Shown here: positions 56,227 to 64,000 of the stretch, one piece after another
How the letters are laid out: the number at the start of each line of letters is the position of its first letter
Numbering within the stretch: the first letter of the stretch is position 1
Assembly: GCA_965216915.1 (NCBI GenBank)
Contig: CBDCGS010000011.1
Location: 1,314,569 to 1,378,568 of the forward strand
Source of the DNA: Alphaproteobacteria bacterium
GTDB taxonomy: Bacteria; Pseudomonadota; Alphaproteobacteria; UBA828
DNA length: 64,000 nucleotides
Direction of reading: 5' to 3'
Notes under the pieces: generated by a model
The model's input: only the letters and a program-made list of their open reading frames with translations
Told to the model about the DNA's origin: nothing
The model's database searches: none
Made by a program: the position numbers and the translations under genes

Positions 56227-57324
56227 ATGCACATTTCGCCCATCCTCTCGCTCTATATCGGCCGCCAATTCTTGATCGCGATCGCGGCCGTGTTCCTCGT
56301 TTTCGTCGCGACGATCTTTCTCTTCGACGCGGTCGAGCTGGTGCGTCGGTCGTCCGGGCCCGACCAATCCGTCCCGGTGAGCCTGCTGCTTCAAATGGCG
56401 CTACTTCGCATTCCGATGCTCGCGCAGGAAGCACTGCCCTTCGCGGCGCTGGTGGGCGGAATCGTCACGTTTACGCGCATGACACGCTCGAGCGAGCTCG
56501 TGATCGCCCGCTCTGCGGGTGTGTCGGCTTGGCAATTCCTGCTACCGCCCCTCCTGCTGGCGATCGTGATCGGCGGGATTAGCATGACCGTGATCAATCC
56601 ATTCGCATCGACCATGGTCTCGCGCTATGAGCACATGGAGGCGACCGTGCTCGAAGGGAAATCGAGCCTGCTGGAGCTCAAGAAAACTGGCATATGGCTA
56701 CGCCAAGGCGATCGCGACGGCCACTCGGTTGTCCAGGCCGACCGGCTCGAGCAGGAAACTCTGACGCTGCACAACGTCACCATCTTTCTCTACAAGGAGA
56801 ACGACCAATTCGTCGGCCGCATCGACGCCGATCACGCGCGCCTCACCGAGGGCGCTTGGGAGATCAGCGACGCGCTGCTGACGAGCCCCGACGGCCCGGC
56901 GGAGCGGCTGCCGCACCATCGCATCCAAACCGATCTCACCTTCGAACGCATCCAGGACAGCTTCTCGCCACCCGAGACATTGTCGTTCTGGGCCTTGCCC
57001 GGCTTCATCAAGGTGCTCGAGGACTCGGGATTCTCGGCGGTTCGGCATCGCCTGCACTGGCACTCGCTGCTCGCGGGGCCGCTCCTTCTCTGTGCCATGG
57101 TATTGATTGCCGCCACGTTTTCGCTGCGCTTCTACCGACGCGGCGGAACACTGCTCCTGGTCGTGGCCGCGGTGGTCACCGGGTTTCTGCTCTATTTCGT
57201 ATCGGATCTCGTGCTGGCTCTTGGCATGTCCGGAAAGATTCCGCCGGTCTTGGCCGCTTGGACCCCGGTCGGGACTTTCTTGCTGTTGGGGGTCGCAAGT
57301 CTTTTCCACCTCGAGGACGGCTAG
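56227..57324 (+). CDS. lptG: LPS export ABC permease, LptF/LptG family (likely LptG, given its position before lptD)
   Basis: N-terminus MHISPILSLYIGRQFLIAIAAVFLVFVATIFLFDAVEL is typical of the YjgP/YjgQ permease family. It is followed immediately by lptD. Confidence 0.75.
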   Translation: MHISPILSLYIGRQFLIAIAAVFLVFVATIFLFDAVELVRRSSGPDQSVPVSLLLQMALLRIPMLAQEALPFAALVGGIVTFTRMTRSSELVIARSAGVSAWQFLLPPLLLAIVIGGISMTVINPFASTMVSRYEHMEATVLEGKSSLLELKKTGIWLRQGDRDGHSVVQADRLEQETLTLHNVTIFLYKENDQFVGRIDADHARLTEGAWEISDALLTSPDGPAERLPHHRIQTDLTFERIQDSFSPPETLSFWALPGFIKVLEDSGFSAVRHRLHWHSLLAGPLLLCAMVLIAATFSLRFYRRGGTLLLVVAAVVTGFLLYFVSDLVLALGMSGKIPPVLAAWTPVGTFLLLGVASLFHLEDG

Positions 57325-57331
57325 GGCGGAC

Positions 57332-59509
57332 ATGCAGCGACGCCTGATCGAGCTTTTCGCGTTTCTGATCTTTCTCGTCGTGTCGGTGCCGCTCGCCCTG
57401 GCGCAGGAGACGGTGGAAGAGTTCGAACTCGACGGGTTGGAGCAAGACGTCGTCATCTCGGCCGATGTGCTCTCCTATGACGAGCCGACCAAGATCGTCA
57501 CGGCGACCGGCAATGTCGAAATCACGCAAGGGGAGCGCGTTCTTCTCGCCGATCGCGTGACCTACGACCAGAACACCGGCAAGGTTTCCGCGGCCGGAGA
57601 GGTGACGCTGCTCGAACCCACGGGTGAGGTCATTTTCGCCGACGAAGTCGAGCTCACGGACGACCTGCGCGAAGGCTTCGTGCGCGCCGTCGGGATGTTG
57701 TTCACCGACGGCTCTCGGATGGTCGCGAACGGTGCGAACCGCTATGGCGGCAGGCGCACCGAGCTTCGCAAGGTCATCTTCTCACCGTGTCAGCTCTGCA
57801 TCGAAAATCCGACCCGAGCACCCCTCTGGCAGATCAAGGCGAACCGGGTGGTGCACGATCAGGAAGCCCGCGACATCACTTACTACGGCGCCTGGCTCGA
57901 GGTGTTCGGGCTCCCCGTCATCTACACGCCCTACTTCAAACACCCCGATCCGACGGTGAAGCGGCGCTCGGGCTTTCTGAGCCCGAGCTACGGAACCTCC
58001 ACGGCGCTCGGGTTCGAGGTCACCGTTCCTTATTTTTGGAACATCGCACCTCATCGTGACGTCACGATCTCGCCGCGCCTCACCGACAAGGAAGGCCTGA
58101 TTCTCGGCGCGCAGTACCGCGAGAGGACGCATGACGGTCGTTTCGAGTTCGACGGGAGCGGGACCTACACCGATGCCCGTGACGACAATGGCACGTTGAC
58201 CGGCGGCTACGAGTTCCGCGGGCACATCTTCGGCTACGGCACCTTCGACATCGACGAGTTGTCGCGTTGGAGTTTTCAGCTCGAGCGCGCGAGCGACGAT
58301 ACCTATCTCAACCGCTACGGGATCAGCGGTGACGACGTGCTGATCACGCGCGGGACCGTCGAAAGCTTCAACGACCGAAGCTACGCCGCGGCGAACGCCT
58401 ATTGGTTCCAGGGCCTCGAGAACGGCGATGAGGACGATCAGATTCCGATCGCGTTTCCACGGCTCGATCTCAGCTATGTCAGCGACCCGATCCTTCTCGG
58501 TGGACATCTGACCCTCGACGGCAACCTGTTGGTCCTCGAGCGTCTGACTGGCGTGGACAGCCGCAGGGTCTCCGTCAACGGTGGCTGGTACCGACCCTTC
58601 GTCACTGATGGCGGGCAGCTGTTCCAAGTGTGGGGCTCGCTGCGCGCCGACGCCTACCTTGTCAACAACCTCGTCGACCCCACCGACATCAGCGGCGCGA
58701 CCAAGCAAGACCTGACCGGTCGGATCGTACCGGAGGTCGGCATCGAGTGGCGCTATCCGTGGATTGCGGAAGTCGGAACCATTCGACAGATCATCGAGCC
58801 GATCGTTCAGGTGATCGCAAGCCCCAATGGCGGCAACCCCGACGAGATCCCCAATGAAGACAGCCAGGATTTCGAATTCGATCAATCCAACCTGTTCAGC
58901 AACAACCGGTTCACCGGTCTCGATCGCGTGGAAGGTGGACCGCGCGCAAACTACGGGCTTCACCTCGGCGTTTACGGCGAAAGCGGCGGCCGCGCGACGG
59001 TGTTGCTCGGGCAAAGTGCCCGGCTCAGGGCCGATGCGACGTTCGATCTCGGGAGCGGGTTGGAGGATCATTTTTCAGACTATGTCGGCCAAATATCCGT
59101 CACGCCGTCGCCGCTCTTCGCGGGTAGCTATCGCTTCCGCCTCGATCGCAACGACCTGTCGGCGCGGCGCAATGAGATCGACCTCGCAGGCGGGCCGAGC
59201 TGGCTGCGCCTTGCCGTGAGCTACGCCCTCATCGACCAGCAAATCGCGAGCGGCGGCACCACCACGTTCGAGAACCGGGAAGAGATCGTGGCAAGCGGGA
59301 TCACCCGTTTCCTGGATCACTGGGCGCTGTCGGCGGGGGCGCGGCGCGACCTCGGCTCCGGCGCCACCATCGACTGGAATCTCGGCCTCGACTACGAGGA
59401 CGAATGTCTTTTCTTCGGGACTCGTGTCATCCGATCCTTCACGCGCGATCGTGAGGTCGAGCCCGACACGAGCATTATCTTCACGATCAATCTCAAGCAC
59501 CTCGGCTGA
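57332..59509 (+). CDS. lptD: LPS-assembly outer-membrane protein LptD
   Basis: Signal peptide. N-terminal OstA-like domain (VLSYDEPTKIVTATGNVEITQGERVLLADRVTYDQNTGKVSAAGEV) plus a large C-terminal beta-barrel. Conserved lptD-surA-rsmA synteny. Confidence 0.85.
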   Translation: MQRRLIELFAFLIFLVVSVPLALAQETVEEFELDGLEQDVVISADVLSYDEPTKIVTATGNVEITQGERVLLADRVTYDQNTGKVSAAGEVTLLEPTGEVIFADEVELTDDLREGFVRAVGMLFTDGSRMVANGANRYGGRRTELRKVIFSPCQLCIENPTRAPLWQIKANRVVHDQEARDITYYGAWLEVFGLPVIYTPYFKHPDPTVKRRSGFLSPSYGTSTALGFEVTVPYFWNIAPHRDVTISPRLTDKEGLILGAQYRERTHDGRFEFDGSGTYTDARDDNGTLTGGYEFRGHIFGYGTFDIDELSRWSFQLERASDDTYLNRYGISGDDVLITRGTVESFNDRSYAAANAYWFQGLENGDEDDQIPIAFPRLDLSYVSDPILLGGHLTLDGNLLVLERLTGVDSRRVSVNGGWYRPFVTDGGQLFQVWGSLRADAYLVNNLVDPTDISGATKQDLTGRIVPEVGIEWRYPWIAEVGTIRQIIEPIVQVIASPNGGNPDEIPNEDSQDFEFDQSNLFSNNRFTGLDRVEGGPRANYGLHLGVYGESGGRATVLLGQSARLRADATFDLGSGLEDHFSDYVGQISVTPSPLFAGSYRFRLDRNDLSARRNEIDLAGGPSWLRLAVSYALIDQQIASGGTTTFENREEIVASGITRFLDHWALSAGARRDLGSGATIDWNLGLDYEDECLFFGTRVIRSFTRDREVEPDTSIIFTINLKHLG

Positions 59510-59575
59510 CCGCGGTGCGGCGACTGCGCCCTGGGCCGAAGCCGAAACTCCGCTTAATATGGCCGCCCCTGAGCG

Positions 59576-60880
59576 ATGGTTGAAAAGCGTTTCGAGCGGA
59601 TTCGAATGGTGACATTGGGCGGCCTGGCGCGAGCGCTTGCATGCGCGGGTGCGTTGGCCATTGCCTTGGTTCTGCCTGCCGATCGAAGCACGCATGGCCA
59701 AGAGCTGATGCGCATTGCGGCGGTGGTCAACGATGAGATCGTCTCGATCTACGACCTCGGCGCGCGGATCGCCATCGTGATCGCATCGTCCAATCTTCCC
59801 GACAGTCCCGAGCTGCGCCGCCAAGTCGCGCCACAGGTCCTCCGCTCGCTGGTCGACGAGCGCCTACAAGCGCAGGAAGCCGCGCGCCTGGATGTCTCAG
59901 TGGGTGATGACGAGATGGGCGCCGCGATACGCACGCTTGAGGAACGCAACAATCTGCCCCCGGGAGGTCTAGGCAATTTCATTCGGTCGAAGCGCCTCGA
60001 CCAAAGCGCGGTGATGGAGCAAATCCAGGCCGAGCTGTTGTGGTCGAAGATCGTGACGCGCCGATTGGCGGCGACGGTGTCGGTCGGCGAGGACGAAATC
60101 GACGACGCGCTGAGCCGCCTGGAGGCTAATCGAGGCCTTCCCGAATACCGCATCGCCGAGATCTTCCTCGCGGTCGAAACACCGGATGTCGAACGCGAGG
60201 TGGCGCAAACCGCCCGGGGGCTGGTTCAGCAGATTCGCGGCGGCGCCCGGTTCCCGGCGATCGCCCGCCAGTTCTCCCAAAGCGCGACCGCAGCGGTCGG
60301 CGGCGATATCGGCTGGGTGATCCAGGGCCAGCTCCCACCCGAGCTCGACAGCGTCATCCAGTCCCTGGAACGAGGTAACGTGTCGGATCCCATCCGCGCC
60401 TTCGACGGTTTTTACATCCTCTGGCTGGTCGATCGACGGACGGTGCTGACAGCGGATCCGCTTACCACGCGGGTAAGGCTCGCGCAGCTCGTCGTCGAAG
60501 CCGGAGATACCGCCGGAGAGGATCTCTCCGCCTTCGCCGCGCGCATCGGAAGCGGCGTTCGGGGCTGCGAGGCCTTGCTTGCCCAGGCGGCGACGCTCGG
60601 CTCCACGCTTTCGGGGGAGTTGGGCGAGGTCGCGATGAAGGATCTCCCCGAGCCCATCAGGGACGCCATTGGAACGCTTCCGGTCGGCCAAGCGAGCGCA
60701 CCCCTCCCGTTCGACCAGCACGTCCGGCTGCTGATGGTGTGCGGACGCGATGAGGCGGAGACTCGCTTGCCGGATCGCGATGCGGTGCGCAACGGCATCG
60801 CCGGGCGTCGGCTCGAGATGCTGGCGCGGCGTTATCTGAGAGACCTGCGTCGCGCGGCATTCGTCGAGTATCGCATCTAG
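59576..60880 (+). CDS. surA: Periplasmic chaperone / PPIase SurA
   Basis: Signal peptide. SurA N-terminal domain ([14 protein letters not shown]...) and a parvulin-like domain. Located between lptD and rsmA. Confidence 0.8.
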   Translation: MVEKRFERIRMVTLGGLARALACAGALAIALVLPADRSTHGQELMRIAAVVNDEIVSIYDLGARIAIVIASSNLPDSPELRRQVAPQVLRSLVDERLQAQEAARLDVSVGDDEMGAAIRTLEERNNLPPGGLGNFIRSKRLDQSAVMEQIQAELLWSKIVTRRLAATVSVGEDEIDDALSRLEANRGLPEYRIAEIFLAVETPDVEREVAQTARGLVQQIRGGARFPAIARQFSQSATAAVGGDIGWVIQGQLPPELDSVIQSLERGNVSDPIRAFDGFYILWLVDRRTVLTADPLTTRVRLAQLVVEAGDTAGEDLSAFAARIGSGVRGCEALLAQAATLGSTLSGELGEVAMKDLPEPIRDAIGTLPVGQASAPLPFDQHVRLLMVCGRDEAETRLPDRDAVRNGIAGRRLEMLARRYLRDLRRAAFVEYRI

Positions 60881-60890
60881 GCCGGCTCCC

Positions 60891-61763
60891 GTGAGCGACG
60901 ACGACGCTCGGTCGCACGCCGAATCGCTTGATGACCTCCCACCGCTCCGCACGATCATCGCCGCGCACGATCTCAGCGCCCGTCGTGCGCTCGGCCAGCA
61001 TTTCCTCCTAGACACGAACCTTTGCGCGCGGATTGCGCGTGCTGCGGGTCCGTTGGAGGCGGCCACAGTCGTCGAGGTCGGCCCTGGGCCGGGCGGGCTT
61101 ACGCGCGCCCTGCTCCACGCCGGCGCGGCGCGCGTCATCGCCATCGAGCGTGACCCGCGGTGCGTCGCCGCCTTGCAATCCCTGTTGGCGGCCGTGCCGC
61201 AACGCCTGATGCTCCTCGAGGCTGACGCGCTCGATGTAGCCCCGGGCCAACTTGCCGACGGGCCGCTCAAGATCGTGTCCAACCTCCCTTACAACATCGG
61301 CACCGCGCTGCTCCTCCGTTGGCTGAACGACGCGCCGCGGTTCCAAAGCATGACACTGATGTTTCAACGAGAGGTCGCTGAGCGGATTACCGCTATAAAC
61401 GGCAAGGCTTATGGCCGGTTGTCGGTGCGCGCCCAGTGGTGTTGCGCGTGCGAAAGGCTGTTCGACGTCACGCCGCGCGCCTTCACGCCACCACCGGAGG
61501 TAACGTCGACCGTGGTGCGCCTCACGCCGCGGCCGTTGCCGCTTTTCCCGGCGGATGCAGGGGACCTCGAGCGGATCACCCGGGCCGCCTTCGGTCAGCG
61601 GCGCAAGATGCTGAGACGAGCCCTTCGGACCCTTGAGGTCGACGCCGAGCGCCTGTTGCGGGAGGCCGGCATTTCACCCGAGCGGCGCGCCGAGACGCTC
61701 TCGATCGAAGAATTTTGTGCCCTGGCGCGCGCACTTGGCACGCTCCACCGACATGACGGCTAG
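60891..61763 (+). CDS. rsmA: 16S rRNA (adenine1518/1519-N6)-dimethyltransferase RsmA/KsgA
   Basis: [19 protein letters not shown] and LPYNIG motifs. Confidence 0.85.
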   Translation: MSDDDARSHAESLDDLPPLRTIIAAHDLSARRALGQHFLLDTNLCARIARAAGPLEAATVVEVGPGPGGLTRALLHAGAARVIAIERDPRCVAALQSLLAAVPQRLMLLEADALDVAPGQLADGPLKIVSNLPYNIGTALLLRWLNDAPRFQSMTLMFQREVAERITAINGKAYGRLSVRAQWCCACERLFDVTPRAFTPPPEVTSTVVRLTPRPLPLFPADAGDLERITRAAFGQRRKMLRRALRTLEVDAERLLREAGISPERRAETLSIEEFCALARALGTLHRHDG

Positions 61764-61925
61764 GGTCACACCGCACCGAATTGACTTGCCTTAACAACAA
61801 CATGCCGGTATGAGAGCGGCGTCATGACCGAAAGAGCCCGACTCCGACGACGATAGAGTGCGCCGATCCGCCGCGGCGGCGGCATGTTTACCTTGCCTCG
61901 CTCACGTCGTTTGAAAGCTAGTCGG

Positions 61926-62423
61926 ATGGTTATGATTCGCGCCGAGCGGCCGCAAGACGGCCCGCACATCGAAACCCTTCTGGATTTGGCATTCGGTCCC
62001 GCCCGCCGGGCGCGTCCGGCCTATCGGCTGCGCGAAGGGACCGATCCTCTGCCCTCCCTCTGCCTCGTCGCCCAAACGGACGACCGCGTCGCCGGAACAA
62101 TCCGCTTCTGGCCTTTGCAGCTCGATGGCGAGCCAGCCGTGCTGCTCGGGCCCATCGCGGTCCATCCGGACTTTGAGGGCCGGGGCATCGGCCGGTTGCT
62201 GGTGTCGCGCGGCCTCGCCGCGGCGCGGGACGCCGGCCACTCGCATGTCATCGCCGTCGGCTCCGCTGATTATCTTGGCCGGTTCGGGTTCCATGCCGCG
62301 GCCGAGGCGGGGTTGCGCACGCCGGAAGGCATTCCGGCGGAGCGCTATCTCTCTCTTCGCCTCGCCGAGACGACGGGGCGCGCCGGCGGCTCGATCGTCA
62401 GGCGCGCGATGTCTCACCGGTAA
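61926..62423 (+). CDS. GNAT-family N-acetyltransferase
   Basis: Acetyl-CoA-binding motif VHPDFEGRGIGRLLVSRGL. The start was trimmed to MVMIRAER. Confidence 0.65.
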   Translation: MVMIRAERPQDGPHIETLLDLAFGPARRARPAYRLREGTDPLPSLCLVAQTDDRVAGTIRFWPLQLDGEPAVLLGPIAVHPDFEGRGIGRLLVSRGLAAARDAGHSHVIAVGSADYLGRFGFHAAAEAGLRTPEGIPAERYLSLRLAETTGRAGGSIVRRAMSHR

Positions 62424-63057
62424 GGCGGCCGACGAAGTCATCAAGGCCGACGAGCCGCTCGCGGTGTAGCCGCGCAGCGTGGAGAACCGCGCGCACGCCG
62501 CCGACGGCTTCGTCGAGGGTGTTGTTGACCACGATGAAGTCGTACTCGGCATAGTGGCTGAGCTCATCCGCCGCCTTTTGCATGCGTGCCGCGACGACGT
62601 CATCGCTGTCCTGCGCGCGCCGCCTGAGCCGCTCCTCCAGCGACGCGAACGAGGGGGGGAGCACGAACACCCGCACGACGTCTTCGGGCATGGCGCTGGC
62701 AAGCTGCTGGGCGCCCTGCCAATCGATGTCGAAGATAGTATCGAGACCGCTGTCGAGGGCGGCCTCCACCGGCTCACGCGGCGTGGCGTACCAGTTGCCG
62801 AACACCTCGGCATGCTCGAGAAACTCACCCCGCTCGCGCATTCGCTGGAACCGCGTCACGCTGACGAAATGATAGTCGCGGCCTTCGATCTCGTCGGGCC
62901 GCTTCGACCGCGTGGTGCATGAAACGGACATGCGAAGGCGCGCGCCTTCGAGCTCGAGAAGCCGGCGCGCAATACTCGTCTTGCCCGCACCCGACGGTGA
63001 GGAGAGAACGAAAAGAAGGCCTCGGCGATCGATTGCCGACGTGGACGGATCGCTCAT
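62398..63057 (-). CDS. gmk: Guanylate kinase
   Basis: P-loop LSSPSGAGKTS, CTTRSKRPDEIEGRDYHFV and the GMP-binding region. Confidence 0.85.
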   Translation of the reverse strand: MSDPSTSAIDRRGLLFVLSSPSGAGKTSIARRLLELEGARLRMSVSCTTRSKRPDEIEGRDYHFVSVTRFQRMRERGEFLEHAEVFGNWYATPREPVEAALDSGLDTIFDIDWQGAQQLASAMPEDVVRVFVLPPSFASLEERLRRRAQDSDDVVAARMQKAADELSHYAEYDFIVVNNTLDEAVGGVRAVLHAARLHRERLVGLDDFVGRLTGETSRA

Positions 63058-63941
63058 TCGATGTTTTGCACCTGCTCGCGAAATTGATCGATCACCGCCT
63101 TGAGAGCGAGGCCGACTTCCGAAAGCGTTTCGTCGGAGGCTTTGGAGCAGAGCGTGTTTGCTTCGCGGTTGAACTCTTGCGCCAGAAAATCGAGCTTCCG
63201 TCCGACCGCCCCGCCCCGCGTCAACTCGCGTGCGGCGGCGGCGGTGTGCGCCTTGAGCCGGTCGAGCTCCTCACGCACATCGAACTTGGTGGCAAGGACC
63301 GCGAGCTCCTGCGCGAGACGCTCTTCGGGAAGCGGCGTGCCAGCGGTCAACAATTCGGAAACCTGACGCGCGAGGCGCTCGCGCGCCGCCTCGATCCGCG
63401 AATCCGCTCCCGCCTCCGCGCGCTCCGTGAGCGATGTCACTTCGGCGAGGCGCGCAGTTAGGATGGTTTCGATCGCCTCGCCCTCGGCGCGCCGCATCAC
63501 CACAAGATCGTCAAGCGCAGCCGCAAACGAGGCGAGCATCGCTTCGTCTCGGGCGCGCTGTGCGGTCTCGTCGATTTCGTCTTCGGCAGGCTCGATCACG
63601 CCGCGCAAGCCCATGAGACCATCGAGCGTCGGCTGCGCAATTCCCTCGGCATCGCGGTACGTCTCGGCGACCGCGATGAGCTCGTCGAGCCACGCGCGGT
63701 TGATGCGCATGACGCCCGATCCGACCGTGCGCGAGACCTGAAGCGTCACATTGACGTTGCCACGCCGTAGCTTGGATGCGAGGGCCTCGCGCAACTTGGG
63801 CTCCAGGCGCTCCATCCCCGCTGGCAGCCGACAGCGAATATCGAGCGTGCGGCCGTTGACGCAGCGCACCTCCCAGGTCCAACCGATGGTCTCGTCCTGG
63901 CCGCTGGCGCGGGCGAAACCGGTCATGCTGGCGATGCTCAC
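63054..63941 (-). CDS. yicC: YicC/YloC-family stress-induced protein
   Basis: N-terminal MTGFARASG...W.WE.RCVNGR motif of the YicC family. It forms the conserved yicC-gmk pair, with a 4-nt overlap. Confidence 0.8.
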   Translation of the reverse strand: MSIASMTGFARASGQDETIGWTWEVRCVNGRTLDIRCRLPAGMERLEPKLREALASKLRRGNVNVTLQVSRTVGSGVMRINRAWLDELIAVAETYRDAEGIAQPTLDGLMGLRGVIEPAEDEIDETAQRARDEAMLASFAAALDDLVVMRRAEGEAIETILTARLAEVTSLTERAEAGADSRIEAARERLARQVSELLTAGTPLPEERLAQELAVLATKFDVREELDRLKAHTAAAARELTRGGAVGRKLDFLAQEFNREANTLCSKASDETLSEVGLALKAVIDQFREQVQNIE

Positions 63942-64000
63942 CGCTCCCTACTCTCTCTACTCGACCGCCAAAGCGCACGGTCGCGACCGGCTCGGACTAT

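Noticed and set aside
61781-61815. Possible sigma-70 promoter (TTGACT ... ) downstream of rsmA
   Set aside because: No acceptable -10 hexamer at 16-19 nt spacing, so this is a chance -35-like hexamer.
1-64000. Search for CRISPR arrays, tRNA/rRNA genes, and IS/transposase or integrase genes
   Set aside because: No regularly spaced direct repeats, no cloverleaf-like tRNA candidates, and no rRNA-like conserved stretches were seen. No ORF with transposase, integrase or recombinase motifs. The only mobility hints are compositional (a lower-GC block at 45.7-51.7 kb and an AT-rich scar at ~36.2 kb).

Overview
This is a high-GC (~65-68%) proteobacterial chromosomal window. The gene content and gene order (lptG-lptD-surA-rsmA, gmk, yicC) suggest an alphaproteobacterium. 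It is densely coding on both strands, and most long antisense ORFs in the track are GC-frame artefacts. Three accessory modules stand out.

(1) A methylated-amine / amide catabolic island (~0.2-13.7 kb). It contains a dimethylglycine-dehydrogenase-family protein and a GntR regulator. These are divergent from a FAD oxidoreductase, a gamma-glutamylmethylamide-synthetase-like glutamine synthetase paralog, and a three-gene N-methylglutamate-synthase-like set (class-II GATase, GXGXG domain, GltS FMN domain). Next come three small unknown ORFs, two of which are clear paralogs, and a 785-aa N,N-dimethylformamidase large-subunit-family protein.

(2) A periplasmic (Tat) type-II DMSO-reductase-family molybdoenzyme (alpha/beta/gamma plus a TorD-like delta) with an unusually long alpha subunit and an atypical FS0 motif. 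It is followed by an SDR, a HyuA/HyuB hydantoinase/carboxylase-family pair and a second SDR. This lower-GC segment mirrors the logic of the anaerobic ethylbenzene pathway (Ebd-Ped-Apc).

(3) A UrtABCDE-like urea/short-amide ABC importer.

Other content: an RND efflux pair, a secreted truncated hemoglobin, an amidohydrolase/DUF59 pair with a CUT2 sugar ABC transporter, a GST, a second DMGDH-family paralog, an orphan TupA-like binding protein, a degenerate TPR gene next to an AT-rich scar, and housekeeping genes (lptG, lptD, surA, rsmA, gmk, yicC). No rRNA, tRNA, CRISPR array or recognisable IS/transposase was found.
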